Assembly: GCA_965209155.1 (NCBI GenBank)
Contig: OZ242383.1
Location: forward strand, 1,504,001 to 1,568,000
Direction of reading: 5' to 3'
DNA: 64,000 bases
Source of the DNA: a bacterium
GTDB taxonomy: Bacteria; SAR324; NAC60-12
The translations under genes were made by a program, and so were the position numbers. Within the stretch, counting starts at the first letter, position 1. Every line of letters starts with the position of its first letter. Below are positions 11,229 through 22,302 of the stretch, one piece after another. The notes under the pieces were generated by a model. It was not told the DNA's origin, searched no databases, and worked only from the letters and a program-made list of their open reading frames with translations.

Positions 11229-12715
11229 ACACCGCTCCTATTGTCTCCAAAGTCTGGAGCTTCTGCACCACCTTGCGCGATGACGGGGTGAGCTATGGCG
11301 ACTACCTGGAGCAGCTGACCTATCTGATTTTCCTCAAAATGGCGGATGAGTATGCCAAACCGCCTTACAACCGCGATGTCGGTATCCCGGTCGAGTTCAG
11401 CTGGCAGAACCTGAAATCGAAAACAGGTGCGGAGCTTGAAAGCCACTACGTCAGCCTGCTTCGCGAACTCGGGAGCAAGGCGGGTATGCTGGGTCAGATC
11501 TTTACCAAGTCCCAGAACAAAATCCAGGATCCGGCGAAACTGTACCGTCTCATCGACATGGTGGACGACACCGAATGGGTCATCCTGGGTGCCGACGTCA
11601 AGGGGGACATTTACGAAGGACTGCTCGAGAAAAACGCCGAAGATACCAAGTCGGGAGCGGGCCAGTATTTCACTCCGCGCGCCCTCATCCGCGCCATGGT
11701 CGAATGCGTACGGCCCGAACCGGGAACGCTCATCGCCGACCCGGCCTGTGGAACGGGCGGTTTCTTTCTGGCTGCTTACGACTTCATCACCAACCCGGAC
11801 AACTTCAGCCTGGACAGGCAGCAGAAGATGTTCCTGAAGCACAAAGCATTTCACGGCAACGAAATCGTCGCCAACACGCGCCGCTTGTGCCTGATGAACA
11901 TGTTCTTGCACAACATCGGTGAGATCGACGGGGGCGTTTCCATATCGCCCAATGATTCACTCGTAGCCGATGCCGGTATGCGCTTTGACTATGTGCTCGC
12001 TAATCCGCCATTTGGTAAGAAGAGTTCCATGAACTTCACGAACGAGGAAGGAGAACAGGAAAAGGACGACCTGACCTACAACCGGCAGGACTTCTGGGCG
12101 ACCACCTCGAACAAGCAACTCAATTTCGTGCAGCATATTCGCACGATGCTGAAAACCACCGGACGCGCTGCCGTGGTCGTACCGGACAACGTGCTTTTCG
12201 AAGGCGGCGCGGGTGAGACGATTCGTAAGAAGCTGCTGGACAATACGGACCTGCACACCATCCTGCGATTGCCGACCGGCGTTTTCTATGCGCAGGGAGT
12301 CAAGGCCAATGTGATCTTTTTCGACAATCGCGAAGCCAGCCCGAATCCCTGGACCAAGCAGGTCTGGTACTACGATTACCGCACCAACATTCACCACACG
12401 CTCAAGAAAAAGCCGATGCGTTTCGAGGATCTGTCGGACTTTGTCCATTGCTATAACCCGCAAAACCGTCACGAACGAATGGCGACGTGGGACGAACAAG
12501 ACGCACCGGAAGGCCGTTGGCGTAGCTATAGCTATGACGAGATCAAGGCGCGGGACAAAACCAGCCTCGACCTTTTCTGGCTCAAGGACAAAAGCTTGAC
12601 GGACCTGGACAACCTGCCCGATCCTGAAGACCTTGCCGAAGAAATCATCGAAAACCTCGAAGCCGGACTCAACAGCTTCCGTGAGGTTCTCGCCGGATTG
12701 GGGAGCACCAGGTAG
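11225..12715 (+). CDS. hsdM: Type I R-M N6-adenine methyltransferase subunit M
   Basis: GQYFTPR, DPACGTGGF and NPPF motifs; start overlaps the hsdS stop. Confidence 0.95.
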   Translation: MNTAPIVSKVWSFCTTLRDDGVSYGDYLEQLTYLIFLKMADEYAKPPYNRDVGIPVEFSWQNLKSKTGAELESHYVSLLRELGSKAGMLGQIFTKSQNKIQDPAKLYRLIDMVDDTEWVILGADVKGDIYEGLLEKNAEDTKSGAGQYFTPRALIRAMVECVRPEPGTLIADPACGTGGFFLAAYDFITNPDNFSLDRQQKMFLKHKAFHGNEIVANTRRLCLMNMFLHNIGEIDGGVSISPNDSLVADAGMRFDYVLANPPFGKKSSMNFTNEEGEQEKDDLTYNRQDFWATTSNKQLNFVQHIRTMLKTTGRAAVVVPDNVLFEGGAGETIRKKLLDNTDLHTILRLPTGVFYAQGVKANVIFFDNREASPNPWTKQVWYYDYRTNIHHTLKKKPMRFEDLSDFVHCYNPQNRHERMATWDEQDAPEGRWRSYSYDEIKARDKTSLDLFWLKDKSLTDLDNLPDPEDLAEEIIENLEAGLNSFREVLAGLGSTR

Positions 12716-12902
12716 CGGATAAGTGAGTGAGATAAACCCTGATGTCTGAACATAATACTCCGCAAGCTGCAGCCGATGACTCTGAGACCGTTGTTGCATT
12801 TACGCAAGTCACTTAAAACGACGCGTAAAGAAAACCAGGGTAAATTATAGGAAACGCATTAATACAGCATAATACAATCAACTGAACTATAGGTGGGATA
12901 AA

Positions 12903-14816
12903 ATGGAGGACACAGCCATGTCATTTCAGCCAACCGATGAACAACAAGCGATTCTCCAGCATGATCCGGGAAATCATGCTCGCATACTTGCCGGACCAGG
13001 AACGGGTAAGAGCACTACTATGGTCGCTCTTCTTGATTGTCTTCTCAAGAAAAACAAGGCGCTCCGTGTACGCATGCTCACGTTCACAAGAGCAGCCACC
13101 GCAGAGCTCGCCAATAAATTTACTGACGGCTCCGATATTGTATTGCGTCCGAGCACCATCCACTCGTTCGCCATCTCAATTCTACTCCGCAATCCGGGAA
13201 CAGGGGGATTTCCAGAGCCACTCCGTATTGCTGATACATGGGAAGACAAGAAAATAGTCAGACCTACGCTTGCGAAGCGCACCAAGGTCGGTGTCCGTAT
13301 GCTCGACAAGCTTGTTAGTGAAATGGCAGCGAACTTTGAGTCGCTCAATAGTGAGAAAGATCCTTGCATTACCGATTCCGAACGGAACAGGTTCTTAGGC
13401 GCTTGGGAGGAGCATCGCCGTATTCTCGGATACACGCTCTTGTCCGAAATACCCTTTGCTCTTCGGAGGGCGCTCAAGGAACACAACGATCTCGACGGTG
13501 TCGACTTCGACCTTCTCCTAGTTGATGAATACCAGGACCTGAACGCTTGTGATCTCGATGTGCTGCGTTTTATTAGTGAACAAGGCGGGTGTACCGTCGT
13601 CGGAACAGGAGACGATGACCAGTCAATCTACTCATGGCGTAAAGCTGCGCCTGAAGGTATCCAGCGATTTTCCAATTACTACGATCCTGCGTCTGATTAC
13701 ACACTCTCGGTTACCCTTCGTTGCGGAAAGAGCATTATCGATTGGGCGAACTACGTCATCTCCGGTAACCCCGACCGATCTCCCAACCATCCAACACTCA
13801 AACCGCTGCCAAACTCGCCCGATGGGGAAGTGGCGTTTCTTCGTTTCGAGAACAATCGCGCTGAGTCAAAGGGAATTGCGGAACTCGTTGAAGTTCTCAA
13901 AGAGAGGGGTCTAAAGCCGAAAGAAATCCTTGTTCTCATGCGGACTGACAATAACGGTACGTTTAGCAAACCCATTCGCCAAGAACTCGAGAAAAGAGGT
14001 ATCGAGTGCACTGATCCAGGTTTCGTGCTTCGCGTCCTGGGAGAGAATGGCAACCGCAAGTTCCTTGAACTTCTCCGCCTCCTCGTCTACAAGAACGATT
14101 CCATCTCTTGGGCAAGCATTTTGGAACTCACACCAGGAGTAGGACAAAATTTCTTCGAATTCGTTTATGACCGCGCTAAGAAAAACGGCAAGACATTTTC
14201 AGATGAACTCCTTGATGTTTTTAATAATGATTTTCCTGATGCGCCGCAATCGGCGCGAAAAGTGAAAGAGACCATGGAGCCTATTCTGAATTGGCTCAAC
14301 GACACTGAGATTCCAGAAGAACAACCAGAAAGTGGTTGGGGGAAATGGATTTTCGAACTCAGTGGAAAAGAAGCACTTCCGGAGTTAAGTGAGGAATTCT
14401 GCGACCTGCTTCTCAAATTGGACAGGCTCTTTGATGAAGAGCAAACTCTTTCCCGTTTTCTCGCTCAAGTCGAACCGTTCGGTAAGGATCTCGCTCTCGC
14501 TCAAAGTGAAGGCGTACGACTAATGACTATGGGCGGTTCAAAAGGGCTAACTGTGAGAGCGACTATTATTGCAGGCGTTGAAGAAGGACTCATTCCCCGG
14601 CCAGACTGCGACCTGAGCGAAGAGCGGCGTATTCTCTACGTTGCAATGACTCGTGCAAAGGAGTTTGTCTTTTGCACTTGGACTCGAAGACGCACGGGAC
14701 CGACGGCTCGTGCTGGTAAATCGAGCACATTTCGCCGACGGTTTAGCCACTTTCTTGAGAAAGGTCCCGTCAAATCCGAAGACGGCCTTGCTTTCTTGAA
14801 CAAGATAATGAAGTAG
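12903..14816 (+). CDS. UvrD/Rep-family SF1 helicase, stand-alone within the defence island
   Basis: AGPGTGKS, DEYQD, GDDDQSIY, SKGL and EERRILYVAMTRAK motifs. Confidence 0.88.
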   Translation: MEDTAMSFQPTDEQQAILQHDPGNHARILAGPGTGKSTTMVALLDCLLKKNKALRVRMLTFTRAATAELANKFTDGSDIVLRPSTIHSFAISILLRNPGTGGFPEPLRIADTWEDKKIVRPTLAKRTKVGVRMLDKLVSEMAANFESLNSEKDPCITDSERNRFLGAWEEHRRILGYTLLSEIPFALRRALKEHNDLDGVDFDLLLVDEYQDLNACDLDVLRFISEQGGCTVVGTGDDDQSIYSWRKAAPEGIQRFSNYYDPASDYTLSVTLRCGKSIIDWANYVISGNPDRSPNHPTLKPLPNSPDGEVAFLRFENNRAESKGIAELVEVLKERGLKPKEILVLMRTDNNGTFSKPIRQELEKRGIECTDPGFVLRVLGENGNRKFLELLRLLVYKNDSISWASILELTPGVGQNFFEFVYDRAKKNGKTFSDELLDVFNNDFPDAPQSARKVKETMEPILNWLNDTEIPEEQPESGWGKWIFELSGKEALPELSEEFCDLLLKLDRLFDEEQTLSRFLAQVEPFGKDLALAQSEGVRLMTMGGSKGLTVRATIIAGVEEGLIPRPDCDLSEERRILYVAMTRAKEFVFCTWTRRRTGPTARAGKSSTFRRRFSHFLEKGPVKSEDGLAFLNKIMK

Positions 14817-15033
14817 GGCTTGAAAAAAATTCCCGGAATTCTCGAATTCCAATTCCTTCCAATTCCTTTGGGATATTCCCGCGTTCAGGATTTTTAGAAA
14901 GGCGATGGAACGCTTTTTCTATCTGCTCCGGAACATGGTTCGCCCAGCCCGAGACTTCTTGACGTTCGATGAAATCGTAGATTTCCTCCAAGTCGCCTGT
15001 CGCGTCATCTGTCAGTTGAACCAGGAAGGGCAT
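14813..15033 (-). pseudogene. ParE/RelE toxin, frameshifted and 3'-truncated
   Basis: MPFLVQLTDDATGDLEEIYDFI...PERGNIPKEL..GIREFRE; the expected KPY lies out of frame after a T run, and the gene ends at the helicase stop. Confidence 0.7.
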
Positions 15034-15300
15034 AAGTCCTGCGACCCTGCCGAAGTCTTGCGATGATGTTGTCGGTCGGTTGTGACTCACTTAAATTTGG
15101 TGGCTGCCAAGCGCGAGAATCTTCAGTAGCGCTACCGTCTCTTGCGTCTGCTCGTAGCTGTCGATATCCTGAATGACCACCATGGCTTCCCCTTTCCGGG
15201 TAATTATCAAGGGCTCCTGTTGTTCACAGAGCGTGCGCACAATTTTCGCGGTGTGCGCTTTGAGGTAACTGATCGGCTTAATCTGACTAGATTATTTCAT
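15030..15300 (-). pseudogene. Phd/YefM antitoxin with premature stop codons
   Basis: MK*SSQIKPISYLKAHTAKIVRTL...PLIITRKGEAMVVIQDIDSYEQTQETVALLKILALG..I*; stops at codon 3 and near 15091. Confidence 0.75.
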
Positions 15301-15701
15301 AAACCTTCCCCAGATTGATCTGAATTTAGTCCATAAAAAAGACTGAATGTAAGGTACAATTCCCTCGAATTCTTCCTTTGGGGGAAGTGGATACAGGTGA
15401 CTGTGCCGACCACCTCCGTTCACAAAATTTACCTTGCAGTCACATGTTTTTTTTTGTTAAATTCGGTTCCTTGGCCAAGAATCCGAATCGCCAGGACATG
15501 CGTACTCATTTATTCAGCAGGGTCGTAATATGAACATCGAACAACTTTTCTGGGATCTTTACAGAGCACCCGTGGAAGCAGAATCGAAATGACGCTTAAA
15601 ACTTGTCCACTAACTTTGTAGTAGTGCGACAAACTATGGGCGTCTCTTTTTGCACGTTAAGATTGAAGAACGTCGATAATGACATACCTAAGGAGCATAC
15701 T

Positions 15702-18026
15702 ATGCAATTGACAGAAGCAAAAAGTGTTTTTGAGACTGAGGCGGTGAATTATTTGCGTATTATGACGAGGCAGAATAATACTGTCGGCTTCAAGATACCT
15801 GAGTACCAACGTCCATATAATTGGCATAAAGGACATCTTAAGCGGTTACTAGAGGATTGCATCAACGGGTTTTATCGCCACTTCAAATCCGAGAATGAGC
15901 CAGAGTTTACTTTTCTCGGGACCGTAATACTAGTGAACGAACAAACGAAAGAAAATACATTCGAAGGTGAGTCCCTTTCTATTGTGGATGGACAACAGCG
16001 TATAACCACTCTCGCCCTTCTCTGTTGTGCGCTGGTAGGAATGCTCTCAAAATATGGAAAGGTTGAGGTAATGGCACTGCGCCAGGATACTAAAGATTGG
16101 CTTAAAGAAGAGATCCGATACCAAATGGATGCCCTTTACACTTGCACCACGGGGCAGCAAACAAAGTATCTTAAACCCTATCCTTTTCCCAGACTTGTCA
16201 GACACGATGACACTCGTGGGTTTGATAATAAGGAATCCGAGTATCGTTCAGTCATTGCACAGTTTCTCCGTAAGTTTAGAGACTACTACGAGAATATTGT
16301 GGAGAACCCGGGTGAATCGTTTAAATCTGAACGGGATAAAGAGAACAACGTACAAAAGCAATTAAATGAAAACTATGATTTTATTTATGAACAAGTCGAG
16401 CGCTTTCTGTACAATGGCGAAAATAATGACGATAAAAGTGATTCCGACATCGACGTCAGTCTTGTGCGGAAGAGTGATTTCAATCAAAAACCAATGAGAA
16501 GGCTTTGTAACAAATTCAATTACCAGAATGTGAAGCAAGAGGGTGACGCTATTAACGACATATCGGCGAATGATGAGTGCGAGGGGCTCATAAGAGTACT
16601 GCTATTTTGTTCCTATTTTATGAATTATGTAGTGTTGACACGGGTGAACACCGAAAATGAAAAGTATGCATTTGATATTTTTGATGCACTAAATACAACT
16701 GGTGAGCCACTGACTGCTCTTGAGACTTTCAAGCCGCAGATAATACGATTCGAAAGCAATATCGACGGTTACGAAGGATCTGAAACCGAGTTCCACTTTA
16801 ACCGGATCAAAGAGAATTTAAACGACATATACCCTGAAACAGAGAAACGACAAAAAGCCACAAAAGAACTACTCGTTACGTTTGCTTTATACCTAGAAGG
16901 CTATAAGTTACCCCTTGATCTCGCTTCTCAGCGTAACTATTTACGAACAAAATTTGGCAAAGTGGAAAACCGAGATCTTAAACGTAGGCTTGTGCAATCA
17001 CTCGCAGATATCGCAGACTTTCGGCAAACGTTTTGGAGTCGAGATTCGATCCACAGTCTCAACATGAATTGTCCCAACGTGAGCGAACGACTGAAACTTT
17101 GCTGCAAGTTCATATTGGATATGAATACCAGTTTGGCTATTCCGGTATTGGCAAGATATTGGATACAATATCGGCAAGACGAAGATGTGGTCTCCTTCGC
17201 TAACGCAGTACAAGCAGTAACTGCTTTTCTTGTCTTACGACGGTCCATAACAGGCACTACAGGAAAGATCGATGCTGACTTCAGAAAGATTATGAAGGGC
17301 GAGTCGCAGAGCGAGAATAGTGGACTTTGTGTAGGCATAGATCATTCAAACTCGATTATGAGTTTGGATAAGCTCAAGGAGACATTGCGAGGGTATTTAG
17401 AAGCACCAACTATTGGAGTGAAAAATAAGGGAACTTGGATTTCTCGAGCGAGTGAAGTGGGCTTAGCTGAGTATTCGCGTCCGTTGTGCCGATTCTTGCT
17501 CTTTGCTGCTTCCGATAATGCCAGACCGGATACAAAAAATCCAGGCCTTCTTACACGTGAAGGAATAACAAGGAGTGATGAATTAGACTTTTTTAACTAT
17601 GGGAAATGGGATGACGATAAGTACGCAACCGTTGAGCACGTGGCTCCAAATTCAGACTCTAGTAGTCGATGGGATGAAAAAATCTACCTACGGACAACTA
17701 CTCGCCATTTGATAGGAAACATAATTCTTCTTCCTAAAAAAGAAAACTCAAGTGTTGGTAATGCTCCTTGGACAAAGAAAAAAATATTTTACAGTGCATT
17801 GATTGCAAAAACAGAGGAAGAAAGAAATGAACAATTTGAGAGAGCTAAAAATGAAGGTCTTGACTTTAGGAAGGAGACAAAAAATTTACTTAAGAAACAA
17901 GGACGGCTTCATATGCTTGATCCAATTGCCAACGTCACTGACTGGACAGAGTCGTTCATCCAAAAACGAACGAATAATACACTTGAGCTCGCTTGGGATA
18001 TCATATCGCCATGGCTCGACTATTGA
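15702..18026 (+). CDS. sspE: SspE phosphorothioate-dependent defence nuclease/NTPase (DUF262 + DUF1524)
   Basis: IPEYQRPYNW, DGQQR, FDALNTTG, and HNH-type EHVAP...GNIILL...NS; adjacent to sspD. Start placed at ATG 15702 after AAGGAG. Confidence 0.8.
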   Translation: MQLTEAKSVFETEAVNYLRIMTRQNNTVGFKIPEYQRPYNWHKGHLKRLLEDCINGFYRHFKSENEPEFTFLGTVILVNEQTKENTFEGESLSIVDGQQRITTLALLCCALVGMLSKYGKVEVMALRQDTKDWLKEEIRYQMDALYTCTTGQQTKYLKPYPFPRLVRHDDTRGFDNKESEYRSVIAQFLRKFRDYYENIVENPGESFKSERDKENNVQKQLNENYDFIYEQVERFLYNGENNDDKSDSDIDVSLVRKSDFNQKPMRRLCNKFNYQNVKQEGDAINDISANDECEGLIRVLLFCSYFMNYVVLTRVNTENEKYAFDIFDALNTTGEPLTALETFKPQIIRFESNIDGYEGSETEFHFNRIKENLNDIYPETEKRQKATKELLVTFALYLEGYKLPLDLASQRNYLRTKFGKVENRDLKRRLVQSLADIADFRQTFWSRDSIHSLNMNCPNVSERLKLCCKFILDMNTSLAIPVLARYWIQYRQDEDVVSFANAVQAVTAFLVLRRSITGTTGKIDADFRKIMKGESQSENSGLCVGIDHSNSIMSLDKLKETLRGYLEAPTIGVKNKGTWISRASEVGLAEYSRPLCRFLLFAASDNARPDTKNPGLLTREGITRSDELDFFNYGKWDDDKYATVEHVAPNSDSSSRWDEKIYLRTTTRHLIGNIILLPKKENSSVGNAPWTKKKIFYSALIAKTEEERNEQFERAKNEGLDFRKETKNLLKKQGRLHMLDPIANVTDWTESFIQKRTNNTLELAWDIISPWLDY

Positions 18027-18055
18027 GACATGGCTTTAAATAGTCTATGCGTTGT

Positions 18056-18910
18056 CTATTTATGGCAGGCAAGACACGCCTTTGATTTTCCATATAAGTC
18101 ATCAATGTCAGTCGGTCCGCTGTCTGGCCTCAGCGGATTGGGTTTTACTTTCGACCGCATTCGAGTTAACCGCCGTTCATGATCCTGCATGATCTGCTCA
18201 ATGCGCTCCGACTGCTCCAACTCTGTCAAGGACTCGCCTTGGCTCCACGTAAAAGGAGACCCGTGCTCCACGGCGTTTTTTTCGTAAGCCTTGGCTTCCT
18301 CGAATGCTTCTGGGTGCTTTTCTTTGAGGCGCACCCATTCGATTTTCTGCTGGAAGAAGCAAAAGGTGCAGCCACTTCGAGTGCGCCACTCGTAGTATTT
18401 TGGTAACCCCAACCCAGCGCCTTCCAGAATTTCCAGAACCCCTGCTTTGTCGATTCCGGAATTTTTGAACGGGAGCTTTACGACGAGAGCATCGTGTTTG
18501 GACGCGTAACCTTCCCGGTAGTCCTCGTCGGACCGGATGGCGACGTAGCTATAAACGGTTATGCCACTTTCGAGAGTTGGCTGAATCCATTGCTCAAACG
18601 GGCGTAACTTCAGCTGCCTTGTGCACCAGCGTGCCTGTGGTGACGGCAAAAAGTTGTTATACTTCTTCAGCCAAAAATCAAAATCCCGGTCGGGATTAAG
18701 CCGCACGATGGGTTTGCCCAGAAATCCTTCGAGCTTAACCAGAAATTCATAGACCTCCGGTAGCTCCTTGCCGGTATCCGTAAAGAAATAATCGATATCC
18801 AGTTCGGGGTGATTCTGGCGCACAAAAACGGCTAACGCCGCGCTGTCACGTCCACCGGAAAGCCCCAGCACATGCCGTTCCCTACCTGCGTTGCCTACGA
18901 TGCGTTCCAT
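18056..18910 (-). CDS. sspD: SspD PAPS-reductase-family protein
   Basis: PP-loop SGGRDS, DTGKE, RWCT, RSGCTFCFFQ and C-terminal CLACHK. Confidence 0.85.
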   Translation of the reverse strand: MERIVGNAGRERHVLGLSGGRDSAALAVFVRQNHPELDIDYFFTDTGKELPEVYEFLVKLEGFLGKPIVRLNPDRDFDFWLKKYNNFLPSPQARWCTRQLKLRPFEQWIQPTLESGITVYSYVAIRSDEDYREGYASKHDALVVKLPFKNSGIDKAGVLEILEGAGLGLPKYYEWRTRSGCTFCFFQQKIEWVRLKEKHPEAFEEAKAYEKNAVEHGSPFTWSQGESLTELEQSERIEQIMQDHERRLTRMRSKVKPNPLRPDSGPTDIDDLYGKSKACLACHK

Positions 18911-21900
18911 TTCTTACCACCGCGTTTTTTAGGTTCGACTTCGTCCGATCTCCGAAGATGGCGAGCACTCAACTCAGCCAGGGCTGCCAGAATTACGTTA
19001 CGTCGCTTTTCACCACTGCGTGTCAGTGCAGAGTCCATCTGACCGATCAACGCATCCACCTCCTCTCGTTCCGGGTCGCTGATATCGAACTCGTCATGAA
19101 CCGGCGTCGGCCGACCACCCATGCCGATCACAACTGCCATGGCATGTCTCTTGTCTTTACGTCCCTTGACACGGGCGAACGCCTCGGCACGTAAAAACTT
19201 TTGCGATAGTTCGGCGAGCTCCATTTTCGCAAGATCGATATCCGGATCAATCCAGTCCCGTGAAGGTTTGTTGACTGCCATGCTGGCTAAACCCTCCATT
19301 TCCGCCGCTTTTCCTTCAAATTGCGCAAGACGAGTGATAAACGCTTCCATACGATAATCTCCACCAAGTTCACGGATATTTCTGGCTCGTGAACGCAACT
19401 CGCCGAGCATTGATGCCGAGGCATTCGGTACAAGAAGCTCGGCGAGCAGCGTATCCCTCATGCGGTTGAGCATAGTGGGATAGGCCTGTCGTAGCTCCGT
19501 TAAACTTTCGCGAACCTGATTTGCAACCTGGTCAACGGCTACATTTTCAACAAGGTACGGACTCTCGTTTAACACTTCAGGGATGTCGTCGAAGATGAGC
19601 CTGTTCGGATCATTGGCTTGCTTGAATAGTTGACGAATGCGCTTGGAATTTCCTGAAACCCGCTGCGTCCGTTTGACCCAAGTTGGCAGGTGGTCATAAA
19701 TCGACACCAATCCTTTGGCGACGTCAATCGGCTCTAAGAGAGTCAATGCGTTGTCTTCGTCCAATTCACGCACGATATCGGCCATTTCGGACAACAGCCG
19801 GCGTGAGGTCTCGCTGAGGTTCATCCATCGAAGCTGAATGTCCGCCGGATCCTTGGCGAGATAATCTACATCCAGGTCAGACACACGCGCCTGAAAAATT
19901 TCCTGACGATAGAAAGCCAGGTTCGTACGCTGTGACAGGAGAAACGCCACAGCCAATACCGGCATCAGACCGTCCTTTATCCCGAACGGCGCTTGGCGCC
20001 AGACATTGTAAATCTCAGTGACCGGCACGGCTCTTTGTGAATTGGTCTGCAGCAATTTTATGGCTGCATTCCACGCAGGCCCCAATTTGTGGGGATCACT
20101 CATCCCGGGTTCGGGAGCGACGAAACGCCAACTCTCCATTGTTTCGCGATACAAACCGGTTGCCTCCAATAAAGATGCGAAAAGACCACCTTCTGCAGGA
20201 AAACCCTTGATACCAAGACGTGATTCACCTTCATTGCGCACCATCCGTCGCAGGAGAGCATTCAGGGCGGCGACTGCATTGCTCGAAGGCTTGACACGTC
20301 CCAGGAGCTCATTGCGGAGCCGTGGCGCACTTATAAATCGGGCATCGGCGAGGTCGGAAGCCAGACTGTTCAGTTCAGCATGAGGAAGTGGTTTGGAGTT
20401 AAATCGTTTATGATACCAGGACATGCTATTGAAAGTCAGACTGAACATACTCTCCAATTGTTCCTGCAAGCGGGTGATGCGAGATTGGACCTCGATACGG
20501 GCCACCCTGTCACCTTGTAGCTCTGGATTTTCGTCGCGCACCCGCTGCAAAGCAAGCAGTTCGTACACGAAATCCGGAATTTTTCTGGTTTGCAGCGACA
20601 AACCCACAACGACATCCCAATTTCCACTCGTCTGCGCAACTCGAAGACATATTTCCCTCGCTTTTTCTTCTGACTCACCTTTCGTGGGAATCGTAAGGAA
20701 AAAACTACCAATAGCGCCTTGGCGAGGTACATAGTCGGCTGCTACGTTTTCGATCTCCGCCAAGGGAGCAATTGCGACATCGAACCAACGCAACGATCCG
20801 GTTTCATGATAATGGCGCTTTGCTATAATGGGTTGGAGTCCGGCTAGTTTATTGAGTGTAGCAAAGTCTAACTCATCTTTGCTCTCTAAGGCCTCTACCG
20901 AGCGATCGATGTTGAAGTCACTGCCTTCAAAGATCGAGTACGCATCAACAAACTTTCGGTAGATGATGAACGACCCGCATTGCAAATTATTCAAAGCGTT
21001 CCAGATATCTTTGGGGTCATGACCCGGTAACGCAAGTTCCAACAGTTTGCGACTCGCAACGAAATCCGACCGATCCTTAAACAAGTCGACAACTGCGATC
21101 ACTTTGAGCAACCGGAGGTGCAAGTCCTCTCCGCCCCTGGCTTCGCATCGTTCCAGAACTTCCATTGCCAGCGCCCAACGGTGCCCATCAGGAGAGGCCA
21201 GGATAGACGGTTCGAGGTTGATCTTCAGGTAATCCCAAAGGTGATCGGGAGCATAAATCTCATTGTCACGAGCGTATCGGAGAAAATCCTGGAATCCATG
21301 CGGCTCCGACGAGTTGAGAAAAGCGAATATACTCCGTTGGTTCTGACCGAACCGTCGTCGCGAGATAGGTCCCAACAAACAGGCGACGATTGGGTGAAGT
21401 GGCCAGCAATCTTCTAACATTTCTGCAAAAAGAGGGGGCACCTGTCGTTGCGACTGTTGCGACACGCTTACGGCAAGGGGACCCGGGGATTTCTGGTTGT
21501 GATCACTTTCAATTGCCCGAGCGATCAGTTCGATTTGTTCATCTCCGCCAGTGTTTATGGCAAGGTCCACGAAACGACCTTGGATCTTCGACCATTCATC
21601 TCGCATTTCACGAGACAAACGATGAGCGTACTCCTCAAAGGCTTGATGGAGGATACCTACTAAAATGAGTCGCTTGCCACTGCGCGAAGCCCTCTCCGCG
21701 AGTTCTTGAAACAGGTAAATGTCCGTTCCATCGTTCGCTGCGGCCTCGAGGAATTTGCCCATCTCGTCGATGAATATCAGCAAACCACCGCTGGTATCGG
21801 GATTGCGCGCCGCAATATCGTCAATTGCGTCGAGAACGCGCTTGTCGGTCCAGGCAGTGGGTAGTCTTCCTGTCAGGAAATCAGATGTGTTGATGGCCTC

Positions 21901-22284
21901 ACCCAATACCTGCGCAGGGCGATCCCGTCGACCGACCACAGGTAGGATATGCCAACCTCCATTCCCGGGTGGCAACGCCTCCCGGATGATTGATGCAGTA
22001 TCCCACCCCAGTACGGATTTTGCGTTTCGTGAGAGCTTCTTGTCTCCATTGAGCAGGGCGCTCAAAGCAATGACCAAGCTCGATTTCCCGCTTCCATAAG
22101 GGCCGGTCCATGTGAATGCGCCTTGACCGTTTTCAGCTACGTAACGCGCCATTGTCTCGAGAACTTCGGCGGAAGATCGAGGACAGATAAATCCATCCAA
22201 AGCCGCAGAATTAACAAGATCGCTATCAATGCGGACCGCGCGTTGAAAACGCCGAGCGATCCGGATTCGGTCGGTAAGCGCCAT
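18895..22284 (-). CDS. sspC: SspC large P-loop ATPase
   Basis: N-terminal RFQRAVRIDSD, Walker A GPYGSGKS, Walker B IDEMGK, WPLHP and GQNQRS; lies between the DUF4007 and PAPS-reductase genes. Confidence 0.82.
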   Translation of the reverse strand: MALTDRIRIARRFQRAVRIDSDLVNSAALDGFICPRSSAEVLETMARYVAENGQGAFTWTGPYGSGKSSLVIALSALLNGDKKLSRNAKSVLGWDTASIIREALPPGNGGWHILPVVGRRDRPAQVLGEAINTSDFLTGRLPTAWTDKRVLDAIDDIAARNPDTSGGLLIFIDEMGKFLEAAANDGTDIYLFQELAERASRSGKRLILVGILHQAFEEYAHRLSREMRDEWSKIQGRFVDLAINTGGDEQIELIARAIESDHNQKSPGPLAVSVSQQSQRQVPPLFAEMLEDCWPLHPIVACLLGPISRRRFGQNQRSIFAFLNSSEPHGFQDFLRYARDNEIYAPDHLWDYLKINLEPSILASPDGHRWALAMEVLERCEARGGEDLHLRLLKVIAVVDLFKDRSDFVASRKLLELALPGHDPKDIWNALNNLQCGSFIIYRKFVDAYSIFEGSDFNIDRSVEALESKDELDFATLNKLAGLQPIIAKRHYHETGSLRWFDVAIAPLAEIENVAADYVPRQGAIGSFFLTIPTKGESEEKAREICLRVAQTSGNWDVVVGLSLQTRKIPDFVYELLALQRVRDENPELQGDRVARIEVQSRITRLQEQLESMFSLTFNSMSWYHKRFNSKPLPHAELNSLASDLADARFISAPRLRNELLGRVKPSSNAVAALNALLRRMVRNEGESRLGIKGFPAEGGLFASLLEATGLYRETMESWRFVAPEPGMSDPHKLGPAWNAAIKLLQTNSQRAVPVTEIYNVWRQAPFGIKDGLMPVLAVAFLLSQRTNLAFYRQEIFQARVSDLDVDYLAKDPADIQLRWMNLSETSRRLLSEMADIVRELDEDNALTLLEPIDVAKGLVSIYDHLPTWVKRTQRVSGNSKRIRQLFKQANDPNRLIFDDIPEVLNESPYLVENVAVDQVANQVRESLTELRQAYPTMLNRMRDTLLAELLVPNASASMLGELRSRARNIRELGGDYRMEAFITRLAQFEGKAAEMEGLASMAVNKPSRDWIDPDIDLAKMELAELSQKFLRAEAFARVKGRKDKRHAMAVVIGMGGRPTPVHDEFDISDPEREEVDALIGQMDSALTRSGEKRRNVILAALAELSARHLRRSDEVEPKKRGGKKWNAS

Positions 22285-22302
22285 CAGGTTATGTCCTTTC
22301 TG

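Noticed and set aside
7074..12807. Long antisense ORFs over hsdR/hsdM, and likewise over cysM, mutS and the ABC genes
   Set aside because: Shadow frames of well-supported GC-rich genes, with no motifs of their own.
12903..14816. Gabija system (GajB)
   Set aside because: No adjacent GajA OLD/TOPRIM nuclease gene.
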